This document shows, one piece after another, positions 1 to 10,071 of a stretch of DNA of 64,000 nucleotides. Numbering within the stretch: position 1 is the stretch's first letter; every line of letters begins with the position of its first letter. This stretch comes from a virus, in the IMG/VR virus record IMGVR_UViG_3300009130_000014, positions 25,607-89,606 of that record. One strand, given 5' to 3'. The translations under genes and the position numbers were made by a program. Under the pieces are notes generated by a model. That model was given only the letters and a program-made list of their open reading frames with translations. It was not told the DNA's origin and ran no database searches.

Positions 1-1
1 T

Positions 2-973
2 GTTCAAATAGCTTTAGATGCTAATAGTGACATTGTTAATCAATATGGTGAAGAGGATGCACCTAGTTGGGCGGTATTGAATCAAGCTACAGGTGTATTT
101 AATGGTACAGCACCTTCTTATAATGGTTCTAATGATTCTTACGTGATTAACTGCAAAGCCGCTAATGCTATAGGTGGTATAACAAATTTTCAAATTACTT
201 TAAATGTTCAAGAGGTTGTTTATACTAATACTAAATCTTTGTTTTTTGAAGATGGTGTAAGTAGCTACTTAGGAGGTAATGCTGCATTAATTACTTCTTT
301 AGAAAGGTCGGGCAATGGTAGTGGAAGTGCAGATGCATATAGCATTAGTTTATGGTGGAAAGGATCTACAGCTAATAGTGGGCAAACAGTAGTCTACTTT
401 GGTAATAATGATGTTGTTAATAATGGCTATATTGAACTTAGACAAACTAATCATAATGGCTTAAAGCGTTTAAGACTGAGGGTAGGTTCTAATAATAATT
501 ATATACAATGGACTACACCGAGCGGTTCAATAGATCCTACTAAATTTCAACATATACTTATTACAAGTAATGGAGGTCAAACTGGGGCAAGTTCAGGTTC
601 TATGTCAACTTATTATGCTACTCACAGTATTGCGATAGATGGTGTAGTACAAACAACAAGTAACACTCATTCTAACTTTGGATATACTGGTTCTATAGTA
701 GGTCAAAACTTTAGGTTTGGAAGATTCTCAAGCGGAACTTACGCTAAGGATATGACTTATAACCAAATGGCTATATGGGATAGTGACCAAAGCTCTAATT
801 TATCAGATATTTACAAAGTAGGAAATACACAGGATTTGCGTTTATTAGCTGAACCTCCTGTTAATTATTACGAGATTGAAACTAGCGTTTCAACTATCCA
901 AGATTTAATAGGTAATGCACATTTAGTCGGTTATAATTTTAATAGTTCTGACTTAGTAAATGATGCACCATAA
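2..973 (+). CDS. Virion/tail protein with Ig-like and LamG (concanavalin-like) domains; 5'-truncated by window edge
   Basis: Frame is open from position 2, upstream of the listed start at 77. 'SWAVLNQATGVFNGTAP' resembles a He_PIG Ig-like repeat; 'SLFFEDG..SYL', 'YSISLWWK', 'FQHILIT' and 'NQMAIWD' resemble LamG_3. Confidence 0.6.
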   Translation, partial: VQIALDANSDIVNQYGEEDAPSWAVLNQATGVFNGTAPSYNGSNDSYVINCKAANAIGGITNFQITLNVQEVVYTNTKSLFFEDGVSSYLGGNAALITSLERSGNGSGSADAYSISLWWKGSTANSGQTVVYFGNNDVVNNGYIELRQTNHNGLKRLRLRVGSNNNYIQWTTPSGSIDPTKFQHILITSNGGQTGASSGSMSTYYATHSIAIDGVVQTTSNTHSNFGYTGSIVGQNFRFGRFSSGTYAKDMTYNQMAIWDSDQSSNLSDIYKVGNTQDLRLLAEPPVNYYEIETSVSTIQDLIGNAHLVGYNFNSSDLVNDAP

Positions 974-1025
974 AGTAATTAAGGATAGCGTTTGAATAAT
1001 AAAATATAATTAACTAATTTTAATA

Positions 1026-1721
1026 ATGCTTTTATCAGAAATAGTATATAACATTAAAAACTTAATAGCCGGGGGTATAGAATCCGATGATGAAAATCTA
1101 TCTGACTTACAAGTGGCTTTTATAATCGGCTATTATAGAGCTAAGTTAGTCAAACAAGATAAAGAAAAAGGTAGGTTTAATAAAGACACTTTAATACAAA
1201 ATTTAGGAAGAGTACCTTTAATCAGAGCAGATAAAAACGAATGCTGTGATATAGAAGATTGTATTCTTCGTACTCAATTTAAAATACCTACTCCTATGGA
1301 AATTCCAGGTACTTTAAATTTAACTTTTGTAGGAAATACTGATGGTACTCCTTATCAAATGAAAACGCATAATTCTGCATTTTGGAGCAAACATTCAAAG
1401 TATGATAAAAGTACAAAATGGTATTACCAGAATGGATATTTATATATTATGAATCCTCCAAGTTTACTCTTAGATGCTATTAATATACAAGGTATTTTCT
1501 CAGATCCTTCTATTGCTGAATCTTTTAGGACATGTGATTGTGACAATAACACTACCTGTTTAGATACAGAAGAATTAGACTTTGAATATCCTATGCCTGT
1601 ACATTACGTAGATTTAATAGTAAAAATGGTGGCGGAAACAGAATTAAGGATTCTTAATGCAATGCCTTCTGATATAAGTAATGATAGTTTAGATCAAGTT
1701 AATCAAGTAGTAAATGGCTAA
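1026..1721 (+). CDS. crAss-like tail ring/adaptor protein
   Basis: Sits before the IHF-like, tubular and muzzle genes; size and 'YYRA', 'YYQNGYLYI..P', 'FEYPMP' segments resemble crAss-like ring proteins; 6 Cys. Confidence 0.55.
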   Translation: MLLSEIVYNIKNLIAGGIESDDENLSDLQVAFIIGYYRAKLVKQDKEKGRFNKDTLIQNLGRVPLIRADKNECCDIEDCILRTQFKIPTPMEIPGTLNLTFVGNTDGTPYQMKTHNSAFWSKHSKYDKSTKWYYQNGYLYIMNPPSLLLDAINIQGIFSDPSIAESFRTCDCDNNTTCLDTEELDFEYPMPVHYVDLIVKMVAETELRILNAMPSDISNDSLDQVNQVVNG

Positions 1722-2133
1722 AGGATACACATTAAGCGACGCATATAAGTTTTATAAAAATAAAACACAGTCAAGTATAGATAAAGATACATATAGAAAT
1801 ATATGCTATGATTATAATAAGAACTTAACAGCTTCTATATTAGAAGGTAAGTTTATGAAATTACCTCATCGTTTAGGGGATTTATGGATTAAAAAATACA
1901 AAATAGATCCTGAAAAACCTCCTGTAGATTTGAATGAAAGTAGAAAAGCAGGTAAGACTGTATATCATTTGAATTTTCATAGTGACGGTTATATGGCTAG
2001 ATGGAGTTGGAGCAAGAAAAATAATTTAGTAACTAATTTAATATACTACTCTTTTCACGCAACAAGAGCTAATTCAAGAGCTTTATCTGCTATAATGAAA
2101 AAGGAAAATGGACATAAAAAATATTTCTCATGA
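1714..2133 (+). CDS. IHF/HU-like protein of the crAss-like tail module
   Basis: 'ILEGKFMKLPHRLGDLWIKK' resembles the IHF/HU beta-arm; conserved position before the tail tubular gene in crAss-like phages. Confidence 0.6.
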   Translation: MAKGYTLSDAYKFYKNKTQSSIDKDTYRNICYDYNKNLTASILEGKFMKLPHRLGDLWIKKYKIDPEKPPVDLNESRKAGKTVYHLNFHSDGYMARWSWSKKNNLVTNLIYYSFHATRANSRALSAIMKKENGHKKYFS

Positions 2134-2975
2134 TTTATAAAATGGAAACTCTGGACAGAGTTATAGATAAAATAGTTAGAGATTTAGGTTTACAAGATGA
2201 CATACCTTTTGGAGATTTTGTAGAATGGTTTGCAGACGCACTTCTTCATATAGGTTCATATCCTCAATTTGAAGAGAAAAGCTGTGCTATTATAATAGAT
2301 GATTATGAAGGAATGTTGCCAAGTGATCTTTATAAAGTGATAAGAGTATTAAAAGGTTCTTCTTTTTCTCAGAGTGTGTCCGGAGGATTTTATGATGGTA
2401 CTTTCATGAAAGCGTTAACTCCCGAACAAATAAAATCTTTAGATCCTTATGATAAATATAAGAATTTAGTTGCTGGAATTTCTAAAATAGATAATAATTT
2501 AAACTATAGAGATCTGTTAAATATACTTTCTTATAATGGAAATTTGATAGGTAATCCTGAAAATACAAAATTTACAGAAGGAGATTATAATATAAACTTT
2601 AATAAAGTTACTACAGGTTTCAGGTATGGAATTATAGAATTACAATATCTTGCTTTTCCTGTAGACGAAAGAGGGTGGCCGTTAGTACCCGATGATGTTA
2701 GTTTCAGAGACGCTCTTTTCTGGAAAGTAGCATATCATATGAGCATGAGAGATCCTTCTAAGCTTAAAAATCCTAGGATGCAGGATATGGAATACTGTCG
2801 TCAAATGTGGAATAAATACTGCACTCAAGCGAGAACTTCTGCTATTATGCCTGATATGGCTCAAATAGAAAGATTAAAAAATAACTGGCTAAGACTACAT
2901 AATACATTAGACGATAATGTTAATCAATATAGAGACTTAGGAAAACAACAAAGAATTAACCTTGACGGAAGATAA
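2130..2975 (+). CDS. Tail tubular / ring protein (Ttub)
   Basis: 'ELQYLAFPVDERGWPLVPDD', 'ALFWKV'; located directly before the muzzle gene. Confidence 0.65.
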   Translation: MIYKMETLDRVIDKIVRDLGLQDDIPFGDFVEWFADALLHIGSYPQFEEKSCAIIIDDYEGMLPSDLYKVIRVLKGSSFSQSVSGGFYDGTFMKALTPEQIKSLDPYDKYKNLVAGISKIDNNLNYRDLLNILSYNGNLIGNPENTKFTEGDYNINFNKVTTGFRYGIIELQYLAFPVDERGWPLVPDDVSFRDALFWKVAYHMSMRDPSKLKNPRMQDMEYCRQMWNKYCTQARTSAIMPDMAQIERLKNNWLRLHNTLDDNVNQYRDLGKQQRINLDGR

Positions 2976-5900
2976 TGGAAAATTTAAACAGATTAAAAAA
3001 GGGCATAAATCAAGATGTTCATCCTTCTGAGCAACCAGAAGAAACATATAGAAATGCTGTAAACTTTGTAAGTTTAAGCATGGACGGTAATGCGTATTCT
3101 TTAGTCAATGAAGATGGGACATTATTATTAGAAACTGTAAAGTTTCCTATAGGGAAACAAGTAATAGGTCATTGTGTATTAAACAATGATATCATTGTAG
3201 TATTAGCAGGAGAAGACGGAACAAGTCAAATAGGTTATATTAGAGAAGATTCTTCTAATATAGATCCTGACTATGGCTATTATCATCCTGTTGCTCCGTA
3301 TAATCCTTCAGGGGCTACTATACGAGATCAATATCCGGAAAATAATTCTGAATTTGGTTTTAAACTAACTCATGGGGTAGACTGTCAAGCTAGAAAATTA
3401 ATTAACGGGAATAGGGTTTTGTATTATACAGATAACTTAAATCCTTTCGGTAGAATTGAGTTAGAAAATCCTCCTGAAGTAGGAAATGTTTCAGAGCAAT
3501 CACAGTTAATATTTAATCAGCAAGTTCCTACTATTTCATTAAAAGAAATTAGAGAAGATGTCCCTAGTAATATACAGCCTGGGGTATATCAATTTGTACC
3601 TAGATATGTAACAGAAAATGGAGGTACTACTACATTCGGAATACCTTCTAATTTAATAAGCATGGTTCCTGCAAATAAGGACCTGGGTGTAAATCAATAT
3701 AGCGGAGAGTTTTTTGAAAACGGGACTATATCTAAAAACATAATAATAGATATAGAAAACATTGATCAGAACTACCAAGAACTTGAACTGATAGTAGCTT
3801 ATTATCAGGAATCAGGAGTTTTTCAGGCAAAGTCTTTAGGTCGTTTTCCTATTACAGGAGAAACTTTAGAGTATACATTTACAGGACCTGTTACCGGAGA
3901 GGAGATAGGAATAACTAGAGAAGAGCTACAACAAACTCCCATAACCTATAAAAGAGCAAAAGCTATTGAGCAAAAAGATAATACTTTATTTCTAAGTAAT
4001 TTATCAGATGATACAATAGATGATGCTGCCATGCAAGAAGTAGCTAATCATATTTCTGTTCAATATCAAATAGAGGAAATACCTTATTCAGGAAGAGAGG
4101 GTACTTTAGATACTTCTATAAATACAAATATATTTACTGAAACAGCTATTGAAATAACCGGGTTAAACACCATAGAAGTTACTTTTTCAGACGAAATAGA
4201 TTTGGACGGAAGTGCGTCAGGTAATAATAACATAGTATTTGATCCGATAAGTCAAACCACTTCTGCAAATTATGGATTTAATGATCACTTTATAACTAGA
4301 TCAGGAGAATCCAGTTTTGCTAATATAAATACATCTACTGTCACGTTAGGCGATACAATGTTAGTAGACTCTATCACTTTCACTGCTGTAGCCACAGTAG
4401 CAAATACGTCTACAGAATATCTTATAGGAGGCGATCAAGAAGAAACTACAGAGAACTTAGCAAGGGCTATTAATACAGATCCAGGAGGAACTCGTAATTT
4501 TATAGCAGTTCCTTTTTTAGATGGTAGCATTTTAAAAATTAAATTAATATGGAAAGGAAACGATAACACAAAAGTTATTGCATATACCGGAACAATTACA
4601 GGAGATCTTATATTTTCAGGAGGAACTTCTGCATCGGATATTATTAATGTCACTAATATAGAAAAAGTATCAGATAATATATTAGAGTATACTTTTGGCT
4701 CTATAGACAGGATAAGTTTAATAGATCAATTTACATCTATAGATGCTACAAAGTTTATAGTAGGCCCTCAAGAAAGTATAACCGTTACAGGAACTCCTAC
4801 TTTAACAGAAGACACAACTACTGCTACTATAGATGCAACTCAAGAAGGATTTACTGATTTCTTATCAGAAAAGGTAGGATTTGAGAAAAAAGGTTACCGC
4901 AGAGGCGAGGTTTATTCATTAGGCATTATGTTATTGTTCAAAGATGGGAGCACCAGCCTTGTTTATCATATACCGGGTAACGATAAACTTACTACGACAC
5001 TAGGTAAAAATTACCCTAGTGTAGCTAATTATAGAGTAGGTAATACTTTCGGTAATACAGGTACTTATCTATCTAATTTAGAATATCCTTTGGATCAATT
5101 TTTCCCAGGGAATGACACAGGTGATGATGATTTTGGAAATACTTCAAGTACTTCTCGTAATATTAGACATCATGTTATGCCTAATTTAACTCAAGAACCT
5201 CATTTTAGAAAGCTAAATGATGGTACTACAGTTATAAGAAATATAGGTTTAAAGTTCACACTAAATTCTTCGTTTGATATTCCTGCTGATATACTAACTA
5301 ATGTACAAGAAATAATATTAGTTCGAGAAAGACGTAACATAAGAATAAACAGATCTGTATTAGCTCAGGGTTTAATTAACAGACTTGTTGAAACAGCAGA
5401 TACGTATACCCTTGATGGTCAAGTAGATGGCTCTGTGTCTAATGGGGTTCGGTCTAATTACCATCTTCAAGAAATACCGTTCTTTAATAATTTAGAAAGC
5501 ATTGATATAAGGGGAGATGAATATAGAGAAAAAAGAGGTCATTCAAGAAGAGGTGTATGTTATCCCGGAGCATCTGCGGCAGAATCTACATTCGGAGCAG
5601 GAGCGGGTACCTTTTCTAATGGAGAAAAAATGAACACTCTAATACGAGGTAATAGAGCATTTTTTCATTGTCCTGAATCTATTCTTGCATATGATTCCAA
5701 GATAGATCCTGATAATTTACAAGGACTTAAAATGAGACCTTGGATGTTAATGGAAGGCGAATCCTTTACTACAAGTGCTGAACCTAATGCGTACAGAGGT
5801 ACTAAAGGAAATGACTATGCTGATTGGTATGGATACCATGATGCTATAGGAAATTATCAAGATTATGATAACACTTATTTACCAGATTCTACTCCTGTAG

Positions 5901-8068
5901 GTACTACAAGAACTATAGGAGATTCAAAAGATCAATCGGCAGGAGTAACTAGAAATAAAGAAGTAGGCTTTGATACAGCATCGAGACCTAACATAACTAG
6001 TACGAGATGGACTCAAGGAGGTTGGGAAATCATAGTAACAAATACTGACGGTACAGGAGTCACAGCTTACGATCCGGCAAATCCCACTTCTGATTCAGAT
6101 CATTATTTCCCAGATCCCGGAGGAACTAAGTTTAAAGTGGATCATGAAGTTCATGTATTCGATAAAGCAGTTACGTGTACAGGATTAAATGGGTCATGTT
6201 ATAATTCCGCTAAAGGAGGTTATGTGGAAACTACTTCAGGTGCACGACAAACACCTGGGTCTAAGTCTGTTATAAAAAATCATTTATATAACTTAGAAGA
6301 AGATAACCCTTCTCAATATGGAAATTTAGCTCAATCTTCATTTATCATAGCAGGAAGATTTGTACCCAAAACTGCAGGATCTTCCTATTCGGCTTACGGA
6401 GGAGATACTTATATTACTAAGTTTAGTTTTAATACAGGAGGTATATTAACGTATTATCCTTATGACAGATACAAAGATAGCTCTCAGCAGAAAGTAGCTG
6501 ATACTAATTCTAGGAGAGGATATGGTCATATTAAAAGCGGACCAGGAGGAACTAAAGCTGTAGGGTATGATTTTAGAGCGTGTCACTATTACTTTGTAGA
6601 ATCTAATATAAATACATATTACAGACATACTCCAGAAGAAGAGACAAAACAGGATTATTTTCCTAACCAGGCTAACCCTTCTTCATTATTATCAAATTTC
6701 TTTGCGTATTTAGGAAACGTAAGATCTTATAATGGATTATATAGTTATGAAAATAACTTAAAAGAATATTTCATGAAAGGGTCTACTCAGCAAATAGTAT
6801 CTTCTTTTGAAAACAGAACTATTTATTCAGAACAGGCAAGTTCAGATAGCGTTGTAGATTCTTATAGAAACTTTTTAGTTAGTAATTATCATGACATACC
6901 TAGTCACACAGGTCCTATATGGGATTCTTTTGTTCATGCTAATAATTTATATTTACATACACCTAAGAGTTGCTGGAAAACTTTTGCAGAACCTGCTGCT
7001 ACTTTATCTGCTCAAAATATAACGGATGTGGTATTAGGTACTGGATCTTTATTTGCTAGACCAAGTTATGAAGTGTTAACTACAGACGGAGGTTTTGCAG
7101 GTAGTATATCCCAATTTGGAGGAATAGATACTCAGATGGGCTATATGTTCCCTGATGTTTTACAAGGTAAAATCTTCTTACTAGGCGCAGGAGGAAGTGG
7201 GCCTCTTCTAAAGGAACTTTCCTTAGAGGGTCTACATACATTTTCTCATAAAAATATGGGCACCGGAATTATAAAAACTGGTAATTCTATAGATTTAAAA
7301 AATGTTACTACTTCTAATGCTCACTTAATAGATAATCCTTATTCAGGGATAGGTTATACTGGAGGGTATGATTATAAATTAAAAAGAGCATGGATATGCA
7401 AACAAGGAAGTCTGGGCTTTACTCTAAGTTATTCAGGTTTAATGCAATCGTGGAATAGCTTTCATTCATATTCTCCGAATACTATTATCCCTTTTGATAA
7501 TAGAGTGTTCTTTATTAACAATAATGAAGTAAGCGATACTACATCGTTGAATTTTTGGGAAATGAACAAAGGAGCGAAAGGAAGTTATTTTGGAACCGTA
7601 TATGATTCTGAATTAGAACTTTCAGTTCCTACTAGAGATTCGGTTGTATTTAATAATCAAATGATGTATTTGGATATTTATAATTCTGCTAATTTAAAAA
7701 TAAGAGATGACTTCTTTAGTAAAATTCAAGTAACTTCCGATAATCAAAATACAGGATTATTAAATTTTGTACAAGGTAATACATTTGCCCCTACCAAAAC
7801 AGATTCTGATATCTTTTATAAATTTAGAAATGATGAATATCAATTAGCAATACCTAGGGATTCTGTATTTGATAATTCTAAAGATATATTTGATCTAGAT
7901 AATATATATCAACCACAAGGAGGTACAGTCCCTACCGATACTGCGTATATAACAAGAAAGAGAATAAAAGGAGATTACGCCACATTTAAGTATAACTACG
8001 ATAACACAAAAGATAACAGCTTTGTTTTGAGAGAAATAAAGACTATATTTGATAAGAACTATAGGTAA
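2975..8068 (+). CDS. Tail stabilization / muzzle protein (Tstab)
   Basis: N-terminal 'KGINQD..P..QPE.TYR.A.N', 'LYYTDNLNP', 'KDNTLFLSN', 'KGYRRGEVYSLGI', 'GGDTYI', C-terminal 'RIKGDY'; 1697 aa. Confidence 0.75.
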   Translation: MENLNRLKKGINQDVHPSEQPEETYRNAVNFVSLSMDGNAYSLVNEDGTLLLETVKFPIGKQVIGHCVLNNDIIVVLAGEDGTSQIGYIREDSSNIDPDYGYYHPVAPYNPSGATIRDQYPENNSEFGFKLTHGVDCQARKLINGNRVLYYTDNLNPFGRIELENPPEVGNVSEQSQLIFNQQVPTISLKEIREDVPSNIQPGVYQFVPRYVTENGGTTTFGIPSNLISMVPANKDLGVNQYSGEFFENGTISKNIIIDIENIDQNYQELELIVAYYQESGVFQAKSLGRFPITGETLEYTFTGPVTGEEIGITREELQQTPITYKRAKAIEQKDNTLFLSNLSDDTIDDAAMQEVANHISVQYQIEEIPYSGREGTLDTSINTNIFTETAIEITGLNTIEVTFSDEIDLDGSASGNNNIVFDPISQTTSANYGFNDHFITRSGESSFANINTSTVTLGDTMLVDSITFTAVATVANTSTEYLIGGDQEETTENLARAINTDPGGTRNFIAVPFLDGSILKIKLIWKGNDNTKVIAYTGTITGDLIFSGGTSASDIINVTNIEKVSDNILEYTFGSIDRISLIDQFTSIDATKFIVGPQESITVTGTPTLTEDTTTATIDATQEGFTDFLSEKVGFEKKGYRRGEVYSLGIMLLFKDGSTSLVYHIPGNDKLTTTLGKNYPSVANYRVGNTFGNTGTYLSNLEYPLDQFFPGNDTGDDDFGNTSSTSRNIRHHVMPNLTQEPHFRKLNDGTTVIRNIGLKFTLNSSFDIPADILTNVQEIILVRERRNIRINRSVLAQGLINRLVETADTYTLDGQVDGSVSNGVRSNYHLQEIPFFNNLESIDIRGDEYREKRGHSRRGVCYPGASAAESTFGAGAGTFSNGEKMNTLIRGNRAFFHCPESILAYDSKIDPDNLQGLKMRPWMLMEGESFTTSAEPNAYRGTKGNDYADWYGYHDAIGNYQDYDNTYLPDSTPVGTTRTIGDSKDQSAGVTRNKEVGFDTASRPNITSTRWTQGGWEIIVTNTDGTGVTAYDPANPTSDSDHYFPDPGGTKFKVDHEVHVFDKAVTCTGLNGSCYNSAKGGYVETTSGARQTPGSKSVIKNHLYNLEEDNPSQYGNLAQSSFIIAGRFVPKTAGSSYSAYGGDTYITKFSFNTGGILTYYPYDRYKDSSQQKVADTNSRRGYGHIKSGPGGTKAVGYDFRACHYYFVESNINTYYRHTPEEETKQDYFPNQANPSSLLSNFFAYLGNVRSYNGLYSYENNLKEYFMKGSTQQIVSSFENRTIYSEQASSDSVVDSYRNFLVSNYHDIPSHTGPIWDSFVHANNLYLHTPKSCWKTFAEPAATLSAQNITDVVLGTGSLFARPSYEVLTTDGGFAGSISQFGGIDTQMGYMFPDVLQGKIFLLGAGGSGPLLKELSLEGLHTFSHKNMGTGIIKTGNSIDLKNVTTSNAHLIDNPYSGIGYTGGYDYKLKRAWICKQGSLGFTLSYSGLMQSWNSFHSYSPNTIIPFDNRVFFINNNEVSDTTSLNFWEMNKGAKGSYFGTVYDSELELSVPTRDSVVFNNQMMYLDIYNSANLKIRDDFFSKIQVTSDNQNTGLLNFVQGNTFAPTKTDSDIFYKFRNDEYQLAIPRDSVFDNSKDIFDLDNIYQPQGGTVPTDTAYITRKRIKGDYATFKYNYDNTKDNSFVLREIKTIFDKNYR

Positions 8069-10071
8069 TGAGAGATAATATATATGGTATACAGAAAGTA
8101 GAACCTACTGAGGTTCGAAATAATAAGCAAATTGCAAGTGCTACAGGAACGAGTGCTTTGCAAGGAGTTCAGGCAGGGTCAAAGTATGGTAAGGCAGGAG
8201 CTATAGCAGGAGGGGTATTATATGGAGGGGCTGCATTATTAGGTCAAAAAGGAGCTCAGCAAGATGAAAAGAAAATGAGATTGAACGATGAATCTTATAA
8301 TAAGTTCATTGATAACCTAGAAGGTAGAACCATGAGGAATGATAGATATGTAATGGGGCAGGCTAAAAACGGAAGAGGTTCTGGTAGTAGTCCTGATAAA
8401 TCAGTAGAGCTAGAAGGAGGTCCTGGAGGAGGTGAGATTTATGGTACACCTAAATATAGAGATGGCAAGCTTTATGCTTTTCATATTAAAGGTGATACTG
8501 CAGGCGAACCTTCACACGAAGAAGGGGGAGTAGATATACCTACTACAAGATCTAAGAAATCTAATTCTAAATATGATTCTATTAATCTAGAAAAAGATGT
8601 GATAATAGATACTCAAAAAGATCCTGAATATAATGCTAAAGTGAAAAAATTAATTTCTAGTGCTAATATGGGAAATTCTATTGATGCTAAAAAGCTAGAT
8701 AAAATAATAAAAGCCTTACCCACAGAAGAAGATTATACTGATATGAAAGCAGAAGATGGATTGAATAATACAGATGCTAAGACATTCTTAAAGAATAATT
8801 ATAAATCTCTGGGCATTAGTAAGTATAAAATAAATAAAATGACACCTGAGTCTGCAAAGGCTTATTTAGAAACTAGGAAGAACGAAGCGTTTATAAAGGA
8901 GAATTATAAAAGTCCTATTGAAGAAGTCACGGAAGGAGTTGAGGGAATAGATGATTTTAGTAATGTAGAAGCACCCGAAGAAAAAACTTTACATGAGGTG
9001 GTTCAAGATATAAGACAAAGTAACGGAGAAAAAAATCCTTCAAAATCCGAATGGAACGCTCTTTTAGATAAAGGCTTGAAAGATACAGGGTATAGTAAGA
9101 AGGACGTATATAACTATATGAAATCTACAGGTTTCGATGTAGGATCTGATTATACTCCTGACTTCTTTGGTAAACTCAGTACTGAAGCAGCTAACAGTAT
9201 ATGGAAATATACTCCTGAGCAAGCGGCACGTCCCGAAAATACAGTATTACCTGACTTCACAAAAGATGAAATTATATCTAACGATAATAAAGTATCTACT
9301 GATACACCGATAACAGAAAGTAATTTACCTCCTAGCACACAAAGTTTTATTATACAAAGTAATGCAGAAAATAATCCTAATTATGTAAATCCTTTAAAGT
9401 ATGCCTCTGTTTATAATAACTTACAGGCTGCTAATAGTCCTATAGATAGGGTAGAAAGAAATTATTTTATTCCTGACACATTAGAATATCAAGATAGAAG
9501 TGATTCTTTAAGAGAAGCCAATTTGGAAAATAGAAACTTCATGTCCAGGGCTTCTCAAAATACTACTAACAGAACAGGGTTTACCGGACAGCAACGTCAA
9601 ATAGGTGCAGGTTATATGAGACAGGCCGAAACTATAAATGAAAGAGAAGCCGCAAGAGCTGATCAAATAGATCAATATAACACTACTGCAATGAATGAAG
9701 CTCGTAGATATAATATTGATAAAGCAGATATGTATAATTCTCAAGACGATCAAGCTGAAGCAGTAAGAAGAGGATATAGAGATATTGCATATTCGGAAAT
9801 TTCTCAGTTAGCTCAATTAAATGAACAAGCTAAGTATATGAGAAATAGAAATGCTAAACAAGACGCTATGCAAAAAGCAACATTACCTTTAATAGGCACT
9901 TCGGATATGAATGCAGAACAAAGACCTGATGGTTCTCTTGAGGTAAAGCATAGAGGGAATCAACAAATAGATTCCAAAATAGAAAGAGGTTACTCCGATT
10001 ATGAAGATCGCGGATTTCAAGGTTATTCGGGTAAAAGATATAAACACAGAAACACAAGATATAGATCATGA
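8068..10071 (+). CDS. Ejected cargo protein 1
   Basis: Gly/Ala hydrophobic N-terminal segment (GAIAGGVLYGGAALLG), 'ELEGG...PSHEEGGV' motif, Q/N/R-rich helical C-terminus; no Cys; follows the muzzle gene as in crAss-like phages. Confidence 0.6.
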   Translation: MRDNIYGIQKVEPTEVRNNKQIASATGTSALQGVQAGSKYGKAGAIAGGVLYGGAALLGQKGAQQDEKKMRLNDESYNKFIDNLEGRTMRNDRYVMGQAKNGRGSGSSPDKSVELEGGPGGGEIYGTPKYRDGKLYAFHIKGDTAGEPSHEEGGVDIPTTRSKKSNSKYDSINLEKDVIIDTQKDPEYNAKVKKLISSANMGNSIDAKKLDKIIKALPTEEDYTDMKAEDGLNNTDAKTFLKNNYKSLGISKYKINKMTPESAKAYLETRKNEAFIKENYKSPIEEVTEGVEGIDDFSNVEAPEEKTLHEVVQDIRQSNGEKNPSKSEWNALLDKGLKDTGYSKKDVYNYMKSTGFDVGSDYTPDFFGKLSTEAANSIWKYTPEQAARPENTVLPDFTKDEIISNDNKVSTDTPITESNLPPSTQSFIIQSNAENNPNYVNPLKYASVYNNLQAANSPIDRVERNYFIPDTLEYQDRSDSLREANLENRNFMSRASQNTTNRTGFTGQQRQIGAGYMRQAETINEREAARADQIDQYNTTAMNEARRYNIDKADMYNSQDDQAEAVRRGYRDIAYSEISQLAQLNEQAKYMRNRNAKQDAMQKATLPLIGTSDMNAEQRPDGSLEVKHRGNQQIDSKIERGYSDYEDRGFQGYSGKRYKHRNTRYRS

